DNA of 64,000 bases from Rhodospirillaceae bacterium UBA6219 (GCA_002435715.1 DISD01000050.1:38850-102849); one strand, 5' to 3'; counted from the stretch's first letter, positions 8,970 through 19,459 are shown. Numbers and translations: made by a program. The notes: generated by a model not told the origin, from the letters alone.

Positions 8970-10331
8970 CTAGCGGTTTTCCTTGATGGTCTTGGCATAC
9001 CAGTCAAAGGACGCTTTCGGTGTGCGGGTGCCGGTGGGGAAATCGACACGGATGATGCCAAAGCGGTTGCCGTAACCCGATCCCCATTCGAAATTGTCCA
9101 ACAGCGACCAGATGAAATAGCCGCGAATGTCGGCGCCCTTGTCGATGGCGGTGCGCATGGCCTCGGTATAAAGCTTCAGATAGGTGATGCGGTAGAAATC
9201 GTCGACCCGACCATTGGCGTCGGCGAATTCCTTGTCGTCGTCGCGCCCACAGCCGTTTTCGGTGATGTAGATGGGCATTCCATAGCGTTCGTGGGTTTCC
9301 ATCAACTGATCGGTGAACGCTTCGGGGAAAATTTCCCAGCCGATTTCCGGATGCGCCTCGGCGACTTTGACGTCGGCCCAGCCGAAACCCAGCTGCGAGT
9401 TGGGGTCGTCCTTGGCCCAGATGGGGCCGTAATGGTTCATTCCCACCCAATCCAGCTTGCGACAGATGCGCGCCATGTCGCCAGCCTGCACATAGGGTTC
9501 GTAATCGGCCGCCACATTGGCCGGATAATGGCCCAGGATGTGGGGATCGGCGTAAACCCGGTTCCAATGGGCATCCAGGATGTCGGCGGCGCGGTGGTCG
9601 GCGGCGGAATTTTCATCGGCCGGATGGATGGGCTGCAGATTGTAGACACAGCCCACCGACGAATCGGGCACCCAGTGACGGATCACATCCACCGCCGCCC
9701 CATGGGCCAGGTTGACGTGATGACAGGCGGGGAAATAGGCGGCGCGGTCTTCCACCGCCGGCGCGCACCAGGTCATGGCATAGCCGAACAAGGTGCAGAC
9801 ATTGGGTTCGTTGAAGGTGGCGAAATGCTTCACCCGATCACCGAAGCGCCGCACCACCAAGGTGGAGTAATCGGCGAACCAGCCGACCACGTCGCGGTTG
9901 GTCCAGCCCCCCAATTCATGCAGACGCTGCGGTAAATCCCAGTGATACAGGCACAGCCACGGCGTGATGCCGGCTTCCAGCACTTGGTCGATCAGCCGGT
10001 CATAGAAATCCAGGCCCTTGTCGTTGATGGCACCGCGTCCGCGCGGCAACACTCGCGGCCAAGACACGGAAAAGCGATAGGCGTCGACGCCCAGCTTCTT
10101 CATCAACGCCACGTCTTCGCCGTAACGATGATAGTGGTCGCAGGCGACGTCGCCGGTGTCACCGTTGGCGGTACGCCCTTGGGTGCGCGAATGCACGTCC
10201 CAGATGCTGGGGCCACGACCGTCGATGGCGGCGGCACCTTCGATCTGATAGGCCGAGGTCGAAGCCCCCCAAACGAAACCGGGGCGCATTCCCAGCGGCA
10301 GGCGCTTGTCCTTGTGTTTGTCCTTGGCCAT
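8970..10331 (-). CDS. Glycoside hydrolase family 1 beta-glucosidase
   Basis: 453 aa. GH1 catalytic motifs ATFNEPNV (acid/base Glu) and YITENGCG (nucleophile Glu). Confidence 0.92.
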   Translation of the reverse strand: MAKDKHKDKRLPLGMRPGFVWGASTSAYQIEGAAAIDGRGPSIWDVHSRTQGRTANGDTGDVACDHYHRYGEDVALMKKLGVDAYRFSVSWPRVLPRGRGAINDKGLDFYDRLIDQVLEAGITPWLCLYHWDLPQRLHELGGWTNRDVVGWFADYSTLVVRRFGDRVKHFATFNEPNVCTLFGYAMTWCAPAVEDRAAYFPACHHVNLAHGAAVDVIRHWVPDSSVGCVYNLQPIHPADENSAADHRAADILDAHWNRVYADPHILGHYPANVAADYEPYVQAGDMARICRKLDWVGMNHYGPIWAKDDPNSQLGFGWADVKVAEAHPEIGWEIFPEAFTDQLMETHERYGMPIYITENGCGRDDDKEFADANGRVDDFYRITYLKLYTEAMRTAIDKGADIRGYFIWSLLDNFEWGSGYGNRFGIIRVDFPTGTRTPKASFDWYAKTIKENR

Positions 10332-10386
10332 TTCTTCCCTCGCGGCGTGAATTCTTTCCTTTACTCTACGCCGGCCGGGAACGCCG

Positions 10387-11256
10387 TCAACGCGCTTGGG
10401 CGCGCAACGACAAAATCACCTTGTCCAAACCGCGGAAAGCCGCAGCCAGTTCCACATGGGCTTCGCGCATGGCCCCGGCATCGGGACAGGGATGGCCACC
10501 CAGGCGGTTGGCCTGCAGCATGCGCACCGCCGCCGCCATGCTTTGGCCCTTGACGAAATCGGCCACCCTTTGGACGGCGGCGTAATGCACCGAGATGTTG
10601 GCGGCCAATTGCGGCGTGAACAGGAAGAACTGTCCCTGCGCGGCGCGAAAAGCGCAATCAATGCCCGCCATGGACACCACCGACGACACGAAAGACACCC
10701 CGGCATCCACATTGGGGGGCAAAGGCACCGATTCGAAAGCCAGACGGCGGGTATCCAATTCGGTGGCCAGACTGGCGGCGACGGCGCGACGACGTTCGGC
10801 CTGTTCGCCCCGACGCATGGCCCGCAGGGTCAACGACCCGCCCGACATGGCCAGAATCGCCCCCAAGACCATGCCGATGACCGCCCCCCACCAGGGCACG
10901 GACGCCCCCTCGGTGATCACGGCAACCTTCTCGACCGGCGGCGGCGGCGCCACGGAAGGCGGCGGTGCGACAGGCAGCACGGGGGGGGCCACCGCCGCAG
11001 GTGCAGCCACCGCCGGCGGCGGTGGCGGGGCCGGCACCGGATCGGCGGCATTGGCGGGGGATTTGTCTTCGCCGTCCGCCGGACGCAAAGGCTGGAAGTC
11101 GGGACGTTCCTCTTCGACCACCGGAACGACCGCTTCGGGGGCCGCCGTTTCGGGAACAACGACCGGTTGCGGCGTTTTCTCGGCATGGGGCGTTTGGGCC
11201 CAGGCCGGTGCGGCGATCAGGAACAAGGCGAAACCAAGCTGGCGAACAGACGTCAT
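10387..11256 (-). CDS. Bitopic proline-rich membrane protein, unknown function
   Basis: ATG at 11256 gives signal peptide MTSVRQLGFALFLIAAPAWAQ. This is followed by a Pro/Ala-rich tract, one TM (WWGAVIGMVLGAILAMSGG) and a C-terminal domain of about 150 aa. I recognise no family. Confidence 0.5.
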   Translation of the reverse strand: MTSVRQLGFALFLIAAPAWAQTPHAEKTPQPVVVPETAAPEAVVPVVEEERPDFQPLRPADGEDKSPANAADPVPAPPPPPAVAAPAAVAPPVLPVAPPPSVAPPPPVEKVAVITEGASVPWWGAVIGMVLGAILAMSGGSLTLRAMRRGEQAERRRAVAASLATELDTRRLAFESVPLPPNVDAGVSFVSSVVSMAGIDCAFRAAQGQFFLFTPQLAANISVHYAAVQRVADFVKGQSMAAAVRMLQANRLGGHPCPDAGAMREAHVELAAAFRGLDKVILSLRAQAR

Positions 11257-11371
11257 GAACAGTCCCATCCCCGGGGGCAAAGACGAAAGTGTCCAGACCA
11301 TAGCCCAAGCCGAGCCCCGGCGAAACCACGGTTTGGGGCGGATTTCGACAAATAGAATTCCGCTTAGGGGA

Positions 11372-14314
11372 TCAACCGCGACGCCAGCTTTCCTCGCCAT
11401 CCGTCGGCAACTCGGTGACCACCCTGGCACTGGGGAAGGTCAAGGTCACGGTGGTGCCCTGGTCGGGGACCGAAGTCAGGGTCATGTCACCGCCATGGGC
11501 TTGCACCAAGGCCTTGGTCAGGGGCAATCCCAACCCCGTCCCTTCATACTTGCGCGACAGACGGGTGTCGGCCTGGACAAAGGGTTCCATCACCCGTTCC
11601 AGTTCTTCCGCCGACATGCCGATACCGGTATCCGAAACCTGGATCACCATGCCGCGTTGATCCAGTTCGGCGGCCACCAGCACCTGGCCACCTTCTTCGG
11701 TGAACTTGACGGCATTGGACAACACGTTGAGCAGAATCTGCCGCATGCGCCGCTCGTCGGCCATAAGGAACGGGAACGAAGGCGGCAATTGCGACTTCAC
11801 CGTGATGTTGCCCGCCAAGGCGCGCTTTTCCATCATGCGGATCGAGGCGTGGATCAACGACGCCACGTCGACCACGCTTTCCGACAACTCGGTCATGCCG
11901 GCTTCGGCCTTGGACATGTCCAAGATGTCGTTGATCAGTTCCAACAGATGCATGCCGCTTTCGTGGACGTCATCGATATAGGACCGATAGGCCACCGGCT
12001 GTAAGGGGCCGAAAATCTCGTGCTTCATCAACTCGGAAAAACCGATGATGGCGTTCAGAGGGGTGCGCAATTCATGGCTGATATTGGCCAGGAAGGTGGC
12101 CTTGGCCCGGTTGCCGCGCTCGGCGGCGTCCTTGGCCTCGCGCAATGTGTCCTCGACCTTCTTGCGCCCGGTGATGTCGGTCAGGGTCAGGATCAGACCG
12201 CCGCCCGGCATGGGGGTGGAACGGACTTCCAGGACCAGGCCGCTGGGACGGGCGTGTTCGAACACCCGGGTCGGATTGCGCCGCAGGCGCTCCAAGCGGG
12301 AACGGACCTTGGTCATGGACGATCCGGTGTTGCCGAATTCCCCATGAACGGCCAGATACAGCAGCAAACCTTCCAAGGTCGACATCTCGGTCTCGATGTC
12401 GCCTTCGGGCAAATCCAGCATGGTCCGCGCCTGGCAATTGAGCGCCACCAGACGTTCCTCGCCGTCGAACACCGCCACGCCCTGGCCCATGTTGTCGATG
12501 ATGGCCTGACGCATGGACGATTGCGCCGCCAATTCCTGTTCATGGCGCTTCAACGGCGTGATGTCGGCGGCGGTGCCGCGATAGCCATAGAACTTGCCGT
12601 CGGCGTCGAAAGCCGGACGACCGGCCATTTCCACGTATTTGATGGCACCGCTGGCCAGATTGTGGATGAAGACGAAGCCACGGAAAGGACGGCGGGCGTT
12701 GATCAAAGCCTGCTGGACGTCCCAATCGTGGGGGTCTTCGCATTGGTCGGCCAGATCGGCGAAGGGGCGGCCGATGAAATAACCCGGCCCCACCCCCAGG
12801 ACTTGCCGCACCCGGCCCGACACGAAGGTGAAACGCAGGTCGGTGTCCATTTCCCAGAACCAGTCCGACGCCGATTCGGCCAGATCGCGAAAACGCTGCT
12901 CGCTTTCCACCAAGGCGTCTTCGACCCGCTTGCGGTCGGTGATGTCGCGCACCAGACCGATGAAAGTGGTCATGCCGCCCTGGTTCATCCGGGTGACCGC
13001 CAGCTCCAGCGGGAACACCGTGCCGTCCTTGCGCAGCCCCTTGACCTGACGGCCGATGCCGATCACCCGGGCCTGACCGGTTTCGGCGAAACGCTTCAAA
13101 TAGCCGTCATGTTCGGAATGGAACGGCTCGGGCATCAGCATGTTGACGTTGCGCCCCAGCACCTCGTCGGCGCCATAGCCGAAAATACGTTCGGCGGCGG
13201 CGTTGAACGACAGGACCGAAGCGGTGTCGTCGATGGTGATGATGCCGTCCACCACCGTGTTCATGATGCCGCGCAGCCAGGTCAGGCTTTCGTGCAACGA
13301 AGTGGTCATCTGCCGCCGCGCGGTGACGTCGCGCAAAATGCGCAGATGGCCGCCATCGGCGGTGGGATAGACGTTGATCGCCACCCAGCGGCCGTCGAAC
13401 AGCTCGGCCTCGCAGCCTTGCACCGCCGGCACCGCATGGTCGGTCAACTTGGCCGAGCGCACCACTTCACATTCCTGGCGCACCACGCCACGCTCGAATT
13501 CGGCGTCCAGGATGTCTTGGAACAAGCGGCCGGGCTTGATCACTTCCGACACCGGAGCCATGAACTGACGATACAGGTCGTTGGCGGTGACCAGCCGGTC
13601 GCGCGGGTCGAACAGGGCGACACCGTCCTGGATGCTGGACAACGCGTCCACCAGACGGGCCTGCGACAAATTGGCGCGTTGGCCTTCGCTTTCCGCCACC
13701 GCCTGCTGACGCATCACCACTTCCAGCAGCAAGGCCAGGGCCATCAGCACCGACAGGATCTGGGCGACGAACAATCCCCAGACCGCCAAGGCATGGTCGC
13801 CGTTCAGGATCGGCGACACCAGCATGACCACGCCCAAGCCGGCGAAGGACAGGGCGGCCAGGGCGTTGGCCCCCACATGGCCGCGCCGCTGCCGGGGCAT
13901 GCGGAAATACCAGGCGGCCAGCAACAACGGACCACCACCCAGCCCCAAGACAGGCAAGTCCTGGGGCAACAAGCCATCGGCACGCCCCAGATGCACCAAC
14001 ACCGACCACACCCCGGCGACCTGCAACCCCCCCAGCAGCAACGCCCCCGACACCGACCGTCCCGACAGGGACAAGGCGCCACACAGGGTCAGCCCCGCCG
14101 AAAGCGCGTGCCCCACGTCGGCCAGGTCGGCCAGGACCGGATTGCCGCCCCCCAGCAGCAAGGCACGCCCCAGTGCTTCCAACAGGAAGGCGGGAGCCCA
14201 CCAGCCATAGGCCTTTGGGGCGTTGGGCAGGGTCCAGCCGTAAAGGGTGGCGGCGGCCAAGACGGCCGCCCCCATTACCCCCCCCAGCAAAGACGCCTGC
14301 AACGTGAAGTCCAT
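11372..14314 (-). CDS. Multi-TM sensor histidine kinase with several PAS domains
   Basis: 980 aa. The N-terminal ~200 aa is polytopic, followed by repeated PAS/PAC segments. H-box FLANISHELRTPLNAIIGFSE. HATPase G-boxes SDTGIGM and GTGLGLPLTKALV. Confidence 0.88.
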   Translation of the reverse strand: MDFTLQASLLGGVMGAAVLAAATLYGWTLPNAPKAYGWWAPAFLLEALGRALLLGGGNPVLADLADVGHALSAGLTLCGALSLSGRSVSGALLLGGLQVAGVWSVLVHLGRADGLLPQDLPVLGLGGGPLLLAAWYFRMPRQRRGHVGANALAALSFAGLGVVMLVSPILNGDHALAVWGLFVAQILSVLMALALLLEVVMRQQAVAESEGQRANLSQARLVDALSSIQDGVALFDPRDRLVTANDLYRQFMAPVSEVIKPGRLFQDILDAEFERGVVRQECEVVRSAKLTDHAVPAVQGCEAELFDGRWVAINVYPTADGGHLRILRDVTARRQMTTSLHESLTWLRGIMNTVVDGIITIDDTASVLSFNAAAERIFGYGADEVLGRNVNMLMPEPFHSEHDGYLKRFAETGQARVIGIGRQVKGLRKDGTVFPLELAVTRMNQGGMTTFIGLVRDITDRKRVEDALVESEQRFRDLAESASDWFWEMDTDLRFTFVSGRVRQVLGVGPGYFIGRPFADLADQCEDPHDWDVQQALINARRPFRGFVFIHNLASGAIKYVEMAGRPAFDADGKFYGYRGTAADITPLKRHEQELAAQSSMRQAIIDNMGQGVAVFDGEERLVALNCQARTMLDLPEGDIETEMSTLEGLLLYLAVHGEFGNTGSSMTKVRSRLERLRRNPTRVFEHARPSGLVLEVRSTPMPGGGLILTLTDITGRKKVEDTLREAKDAAERGNRAKATFLANISHELRTPLNAIIGFSELMKHEIFGPLQPVAYRSYIDDVHESGMHLLELINDILDMSKAEAGMTELSESVVDVASLIHASIRMMEKRALAGNITVKSQLPPSFPFLMADERRMRQILLNVLSNAVKFTEEGGQVLVAAELDQRGMVIQVSDTGIGMSAEELERVMEPFVQADTRLSRKYEGTGLGLPLTKALVQAHGGDMTLTSVPDQGTTVTLTFPSARVVTELPTDGEESWRRG

Positions 14315-14375
14315 AGCGGAACCTTCCCTTGGGTCCTACCGCCCCCCGACGGCCCCCCAAAACATGCGTGTCAGG

Positions 14376-14900
14376 TTAGTCGTCGTACGACACCAGGGTC
14401 GAACACGGCACCCCCATGTCGGACAAACGCTTGCGGCCCGGCAGGAAGTTCAGTTCGATGATGGCGGCGGCACCGGTGACGTCGGCGCCGATCTTGCGCA
14501 GCAATTCGACACCGGCGCACATGGTGCCGCCGGTGGCCAGCAGATCGTCCAGGATCACCACTTTCTGCCCCTTGGCGATGGCGTCTTCCTGAATTTCGAT
14601 GGTGTCGGTGCCATATTCCAGGGCGTATTCGTGGCGAATGGTCTTGCCCGGCAACTTGCCCTTCTTGCGCAGCATGACGAAACCGCAACCCAACTTCAAC
14701 GCCAACGGCGCGGCAACCAGGAAACCACGGGATTCGACGCCGGCCAGAATGTCGGGCTGGAACTTGCGAACGTCGTTGGCCAGGCGCCCCATGGCCACCG
14801 ACCAAGCGTCGGAATGGGCCAACAGAGTCGAGATGTCATAGAAAAGAATACCCGGCTTGGGAAAATCTGGAATGCCGCGAATATGGTCCTTGATGTTCAT
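14376..14900 (-). CDS. apt: Adenine phosphoribosyltransferase
   Basis: 174 aa. Typical Apt N-terminus [18 protein letters not shown] and PRPP-binding motif [13 protein letters not shown]. Confidence 0.93.
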   Translation of the reverse strand: MNIKDHIRGIPDFPKPGILFYDISTLLAHSDAWSVAMGRLANDVRKFQPDILAGVESRGFLVAAPLALKLGCGFVMLRKKGKLPGKTIRHEYALEYGTDTIEIQEDAIAKGQKVVILDDLLATGGTMCAGVELLRKIGADVTGAAAIIELNFLPGRKRLSDMGVPCSTLVSYDD

Positions 14901-14958
14901 GACGGGAAACCCCTGAATCTGTATGGCGATTGAAAAGTAACCCCAACCGGGCGCGGGG

Positions 14959-15945
14959 TCAAAGCGACAGCATCCCCACCAAGCTGTCCACCACCACCCG
15001 GGTGGGGATCAACTCCATGGCCTCGCCGCCAAAGGACTGGGCTTCGATCACCTGACCGAAGCGGGTGGCGGGGGCGAACTTGGCGGCCGGGGTCGGCCCG
15101 AACAGCGACAACAGCGGGATATCGGCAGCCGCCAACATGTGTCCGGTCCCCGAATCATTGGCCAAGGCCGCGGCCATGCGTGCGGCCAAGGCGATGGTCA
15201 ACATGGGGGTAACGGCCTGGGTCGTCTCCTGCAGCGCCATCACCGCCGAGGGGACCGCAGCCCGGATGACGGGAACCCACTCGGCCTCGTTGGGCCCCAA
15301 CAGGAAAACCGGCACCCGGCCCGCCTGGGCCAGTTCGGCGGCAACGGCACAAAAGCGATCCAACGGCCAGCATTTATGACGCCCACCGGCCCCCGGCGCG
15401 AATCCGACGTAAACTTGACCGTCGGGCAACAGACGCGCCGCCTCGGCCTGGATGGGTTCGTCGATCAACAGCGGAGCGCCGTGCTGAACCGGACCGCCGG
15501 CAGCCAGTTCCACCAAATCCAGCAATTGTGCCGCCATGGCGGCCGGGCGCCGATAGGACGTACCGGGACGCCGCGACGACAGGGCGAAACCGGCGCTGGC
15601 GGAAATGAAGGCGCCATGGCCGATGCGGCGCAGGATCAAGCTGGTCAGCAAACGGCGCTGGGTGTCGATGATCAGGTCGAAACGACGGCCATACAGGGGC
15701 CGGGTCCCCAGCAATTCCCTGACCTGGCTGCCCACATGGCAATCATCGAGCACCTCGTCCACCAGGCCGGCGACCAGCGGTGCCAGCACACCGGCATAGA
15801 CGCTGTGCCCCTTGCCGGCCATCCAGGTGACGCGAGCCGCCGGAAAGGCCGCCCGCAACGCCCGCAGGAAGGGCAGCTTCATCAGTCCGTCGCCCACGGC
15901 GTCCAGACCGACATAGACCAGAATGCTGGCGGGAGCGGGAATCAC
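14959..15945 (-). CDS. Glycosyltransferase family 9 (heptosyltransferase-like)
   Basis: 328 aa. GT9-like N-terminus [23 protein letters not shown] and C-terminal [11 protein letters not shown] motif. Overlaps gmk by 4 nt. Confidence 0.8.
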   Translation of the reverse strand: MIPAPASILVYVGLDAVGDGLMKLPFLRALRAAFPAARVTWMAGKGHSVYAGVLAPLVAGLVDEVLDDCHVGSQVRELLGTRPLYGRRFDLIIDTQRRLLTSLILRRIGHGAFISASAGFALSSRRPGTSYRRPAAMAAQLLDLVELAAGGPVQHGAPLLIDEPIQAEAARLLPDGQVYVGFAPGAGGRHKCWPLDRFCAVAAELAQAGRVPVFLLGPNEAEWVPVIRAAVPSAVMALQETTQAVTPMLTIALAARMAAALANDSGTGHMLAAADIPLLSLFGPTPAAKFAPATRFGQVIEAQSFGGEAMELIPTRVVVDSLVGMLSL

Positions 15946-16592
15946 TGCCCCCGCAATCCGTTGACGAAGGCAGCCATGCCCACCTGACGGTCGCGCTTCA
16001 GCCGTTCGGAATCCAAGACCGATTGGACACGGGCGATGGAGCGGTCAACCTCGGCGTTCAGCAAGATGTAATCGTATTCGAACCAATGGCTCATTTCGTC
16101 GCCGGCCTTGGCCATGCGCTTGGCCACCACTTCGGCACTGTCTTGGGCCCGGGTGTGCAGGCGGCGTTCCAATTCGGCCAAGCTGGGCGGCAAGATGAAC
16201 ACGGTGACCAGATCGGCCCGGGCGTTCTGGCCTAATTGTTGGGTGCCCTGCCAATCGATGTCGAACAGCACGTCACGACCGCTGGCCAGCGCGTCTTCCA
16301 CCGGCTGCCTGGGCGTGCCGTAATAATTGTCGAACACCTTGGCGTGTTCCAGGAACTGGCCGGCGGCCACCATCTGCTGAAACTTTTCCACCGAGACGAA
16401 ATGGTAATCCTTGCCGTCCACTTCGCCTGGGCGCGGCGGACGGGTGGTGGCCGACACCGACAGCGCGATGTCGGTGTCGCGTTCCAGCAAAGCGCGGGCG
16501 ATGGTGCTTTTGCCGGCCCCCGAAGGCGAGGACAGCACCAGCATCAGGCCGCGGCGCTGGACGGTGGGAAGATTGGCGGGCGGGTTGTTCAT
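15942..16592 (-). CDS. gmk: Guanylate kinase
   Basis: 216 aa. P-loop LSSPSGAGKST and conserved TTRPPRPGEVDGKDYHFV. Confidence 0.93.
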   Translation of the reverse strand: MNNPPANLPTVQRRGLMLVLSSPSGAGKSTIARALLERDTDIALSVSATTRPPRPGEVDGKDYHFVSVEKFQQMVAAGQFLEHAKVFDNYYGTPRQPVEDALASGRDVLFDIDWQGTQQLGQNARADLVTVFILPPSLAELERRLHTRAQDSAEVVAKRMAKAGDEMSHWFEYDYILLNAEVDRSIARVQSVLDSERLKRDRQVGMAAFVNGLRGQ

Positions 16593-16604
16593 GTTCGCGA
16601 TTCT

Positions 16605-17486
16605 CTATTCGATGTTCTGGACTTGCTCGCGGAACTGGTCGATCACCGCTTTCAGATCCAGACCGATGCGGGTCAGTTCCACGTCCGACGACTTCGAGCA
16701 CAAGGTGTTGGCCTCGCGGTTGAATTCCTGGGACAGGAAATCCAGCTTGCGGCCGACCGCCCCACCTTGGGCGATCAGGTCGCGGGCGGCCGCCACATGG
16801 GCACGCAGGCGGTCCAATTCTTCGCGCACGTCGGACTTGACGGCGATCAGCGCCACTTCCTGGGCGATGCGATCTTCGGCCAGGCTGGGCGCCGCCTCCA
16901 GCACCGCCGCCACCTGCTGGCGCAAACGCTCGCGCAGGGCTTCGGGGCGCAACGCGGCGGTGCCGCCGGCGCGTTCGGCCAGGATTTCGATTTCGTCCAA
17001 CTGCGACGCCAACACCGCCTGGATCCGCTCGCCCTCGGTCAGACGCATGGCGGCCAGCGAGTCCAGGACCGCTTCCAGATCGGCCTTGATGGCGGCCTCG
17101 CGCACCGCACGGGTTTCCTCGGACTCGGCTTCGTCGCCATTGGCGGCTTCCAGCACCCCCTTGACCGCCAGCAACCCATCCCAGCGGGCGGGGGCGATGT
17201 TTTGGTGCGACGGCCCCAATTCGTCCACCAGGGCGACCAGTTCTTCCAGGAATTCCTTATTGACGCGCAGGCCCGGCCCTTGGGCGACGGCGGTCAGGTT
17301 CAGCGACAATTGCACATTGCCACGCTTGAGCTTGCGCGTGGTCAGATCGCGGGCGGCGATCTCGACCCCGTCCAGGCCATGGGGCAGACGGCAGCGCACA
17401 TCCAAACCCTTGCCGTTGACGCTTTTGGCTTCCCACAACCACGATGTCGAAGCGTCGCGGCCCTCGGCACGGGCATAGCCGGTCAT
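16605..17486 (-). CDS. YicC-family stress-induced protein
   Basis: ATG at 17486 (MTGYARAEG...). C-terminal YicC signature RKLDFLSQEFNREANTLCSKS. The gmk-yicC neighbourhood is common. Confidence 0.85.
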   Translation of the reverse strand: MTGYARAEGRDASTSWLWEAKSVNGKGLDVRCRLPHGLDGVEIAARDLTTRKLKRGNVQLSLNLTAVAQGPGLRVNKEFLEELVALVDELGPSHQNIAPARWDGLLAVKGVLEAANGDEAESEETRAVREAAIKADLEAVLDSLAAMRLTEGERIQAVLASQLDEIEILAERAGGTAALRPEALRERLRQQVAAVLEAAPSLAEDRIAQEVALIAVKSDVREELDRLRAHVAAARDLIAQGGAVGRKLDFLSQEFNREANTLCSKSSDVELTRIGLDLKAVIDQFREQVQNIE

Positions 17487-17732
17487 GCTGGCAATGGACA
17501 CGGGATGGGGTTCCTTTCGGTCAAACGGAATATCCACGGTTATAGCCTTGCGACAGCGCGCCAACAACCCGTTCCAAACCTAACCCTTAGGCGAAAGATT
17601 TGCGACCAAAGTCGGGGAAGAAATATCTTTTAGGTATTTCTCGACGAGCTTATTGATCAGCCAAGCACAATCCAATACCAATGAAAGTGTGCAGCGCACC
17701 ATTATTATAACCTTAGGTTTAGGTTGTCGCCC

Positions 17733-18635
17733 ATGAACTCGACCGCACTCATCCCGCCGACGTCCATTCAGGGCATGGCTCGTGCCAAGATTCTGGTCTG
17801 CGAAAGCAACGGAATGATCCGTCAGGCCATCCGTATCGGCCTTAACAACCTGGGAATCCGCGACATCGCCGAGGCCAACGGACTGGTCGCCGCGCATAAA
17901 TCCCTGGCAGAGGGCGGCTTTGACGCTTTGGTGATGAACACCGAATTGGAAGGCCACGACACCACCTTCATGATGCGGGAAATCCGCTTGGGGAAATTGG
18001 GTCCCGACCCCTTCCTGGTCAGCATCTTGCTGCAATCGGCGCCCGACCACAGCAAGTTGAAGCAAGCAGTGGACAGCGGCACCGACGATCTGTTGCTGAT
18101 CCCGTTCGCCCCCGACCAGGTCAGCACGCGCCTGGACGCCCTGCGCGCGCGACGCAAGCAATTCGTCGTCACCCACGATTACCTGGGGCCAGACCGCCGC
18201 AAGTCCAACCGCCCCGATGGCGGTTCGCCGGTGGTCACCATCAGCCCGCCCAATCCTTTGGCGTCTCGCGCCGCCGGCATTCCCCCCGACCGTTACGACC
18301 GTCTGGTGTCCCAGGCCCGCGACGCCCTGGGGGCCGAACGCATCAAGCGGCTGGCGGTGGGACTGGAATGGGAATGCCGCAACCTGCTGACCGCCTCGGC
18401 CGGCGGGCAATGTCGTCGCGAAATGCAGATCACCGGTTTCTACCGCATGGAAACCCTGTTGGCGGAACTGGCGGAACGGGCCACCAAGCAATTGCGCCAT
18501 GACAGCCGGCATCTGGACGAGATGGCCGACAAGGTCCGCGACGCCAAGAATCGTATGTCCGAGCTGAAACTGGCCGATTACGACGCCCTGCACGTGGCGT
18601 CTCGGCGCATCTCGATGACCTATTGCGGATCATAG
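17733..18635 (+). CDS. Receiver-like (pseudo-receiver) protein with an unknown C-terminal domain
   Basis: CheY-like fold pattern, but key residues are replaced. ILVCESNG stands in for the DD pocket. DALVMNTELEG has Asn where the phospho-Asp is expected. DDLLLIPF has Ile where the conserved Lys is expected. The ~170-aa C-terminus is unassigned. The start could be 17724 (TTG), 17733 or 17775. Confidence 0.6.
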   Translation: MNSTALIPPTSIQGMARAKILVCESNGMIRQAIRIGLNNLGIRDIAEANGLVAAHKSLAEGGFDALVMNTELEGHDTTFMMREIRLGKLGPDPFLVSILLQSAPDHSKLKQAVDSGTDDLLLIPFAPDQVSTRLDALRARRKQFVVTHDYLGPDRRKSNRPDGGSPVVTISPPNPLASRAAGIPPDRYDRLVSQARDALGAERIKRLAVGLEWECRNLLTASAGGQCRREMQITGFYRMETLLAELAERATKQLRHDSRHLDEMADKVRDAKNRMSELKLADYDALHVASRRISMTYCGS

Positions 18636-18674
18636 GGTCTTTTTCCTGTCCCGCACCGGGTCTATGCTGGGGCC

Positions 18675-19118
18675 ATGAAAGAACGCCGACGCCCCGCCCG
18701 GGGCCGCCCCAATGTGGTTGACGTCACGGTCCGCGTGCCCGCCGACAAGGTCGAGGCGGTGAAGTCCTATGCCGGGCGCATCAGCCGGCAACGCCAGCCC
18801 ATCACCCGCGACGAAGTGATCGAAGCCCTGCGCGTCCATTCGGACCTGTTCACCCGCTTCGGCGTCAAGGGGGCGTCGTTGTTCGGCTCGGTGGTGCGCG
18901 ACGAGGCCAAGCCCATGTCGGACGTGGATTTGATGGTCGAGTTCCTGCCCGGCCAACCCGGCGGCCTGTTCCGATACGTGGAACTGAAACATGCCCTGGA
19001 AGGCGTGCTGGGGCGGCCGGTGGACCTGATTACCAAGAACAACATCAAACCCAGGCTGAAGGAACGCATTCTGGCCGAGTGCCTGCCGATCTTCGGCGAC
19101 GAGGTCTGCGATCTATGA
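18675..19118 (+). CDS. mntA: MntA-type nucleotidyltransferase (type VII antitoxin)
   Basis: 147 aa. Minimal NTase motif GSVVRDEAKPMSDVDLMVEF. The stop overlaps the start of the HepT gene (ATGA at 19115-19118). Confidence 0.8.
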   Translation: MKERRRPARGRPNVVDVTVRVPADKVEAVKSYAGRISRQRQPITRDEVIEALRVHSDLFTRFGVKGASLFGSVVRDEAKPMSDVDLMVEFLPGQPGGLFRYVELKHALEGVLGRPVDLITKNNIKPRLKERILAECLPIFGDEVCDL

Positions 19119-19459
19119 CGCAAAAGGATTGGCGCGTCCGCGTCGAGGACATGTTGGAAGCCATCGAACGCATCGAAAGCTATGTGGACGGCATGAGCGT
19201 GGAACAATTCGTCGCCGACAGCCGCACCCAGGACGCGGTGATCCGCAACCTGGAAATCCTGGGCGAAGCGTCCAAACGCATTCCCTTTTCCATCTTGCAG
19301 CGTCATCCGGAAATGCCGTGGTCACGCATCGGCGACATGCGGAACATCTTGGTCCACGAATATCACTCGGTGGATCCCGAGATCATCCTGGATGCCGCCC
19401 GCAACGACCTGCCCCCCCTGGTGGCGCCATTGCGATCCATCCTGAACGAGGCGCCATGA
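19115..19459 (+). CDS. hepT: HepT (DUF86) HEPN-domain toxin
   Basis: 114 aa from the ATG at 19115. The HEPN RX4HXY motif is present as RNILVHEY. The stop overlaps the start of the next gene (ATGA at 19456-19459). Confidence 0.85.
   Translation: MTQKDWRVRVEDMLEAIERIESYVDGMSVEQFVADSRTQDAVIRNLEILGEASKRIPFSILQRHPEMPWSRIGDMRNILVHEYHSVDPEIILDAARNDLPPLVAPLRSILNEAP

Noticed and set aside
12020-14461. 813-aa ORF on the plus strand
   Set aside because: It is antisense to the 980-aa PAS histidine kinase and runs into the apt gene. It is low-complexity (G/Q/H/R-rich) with no motif.
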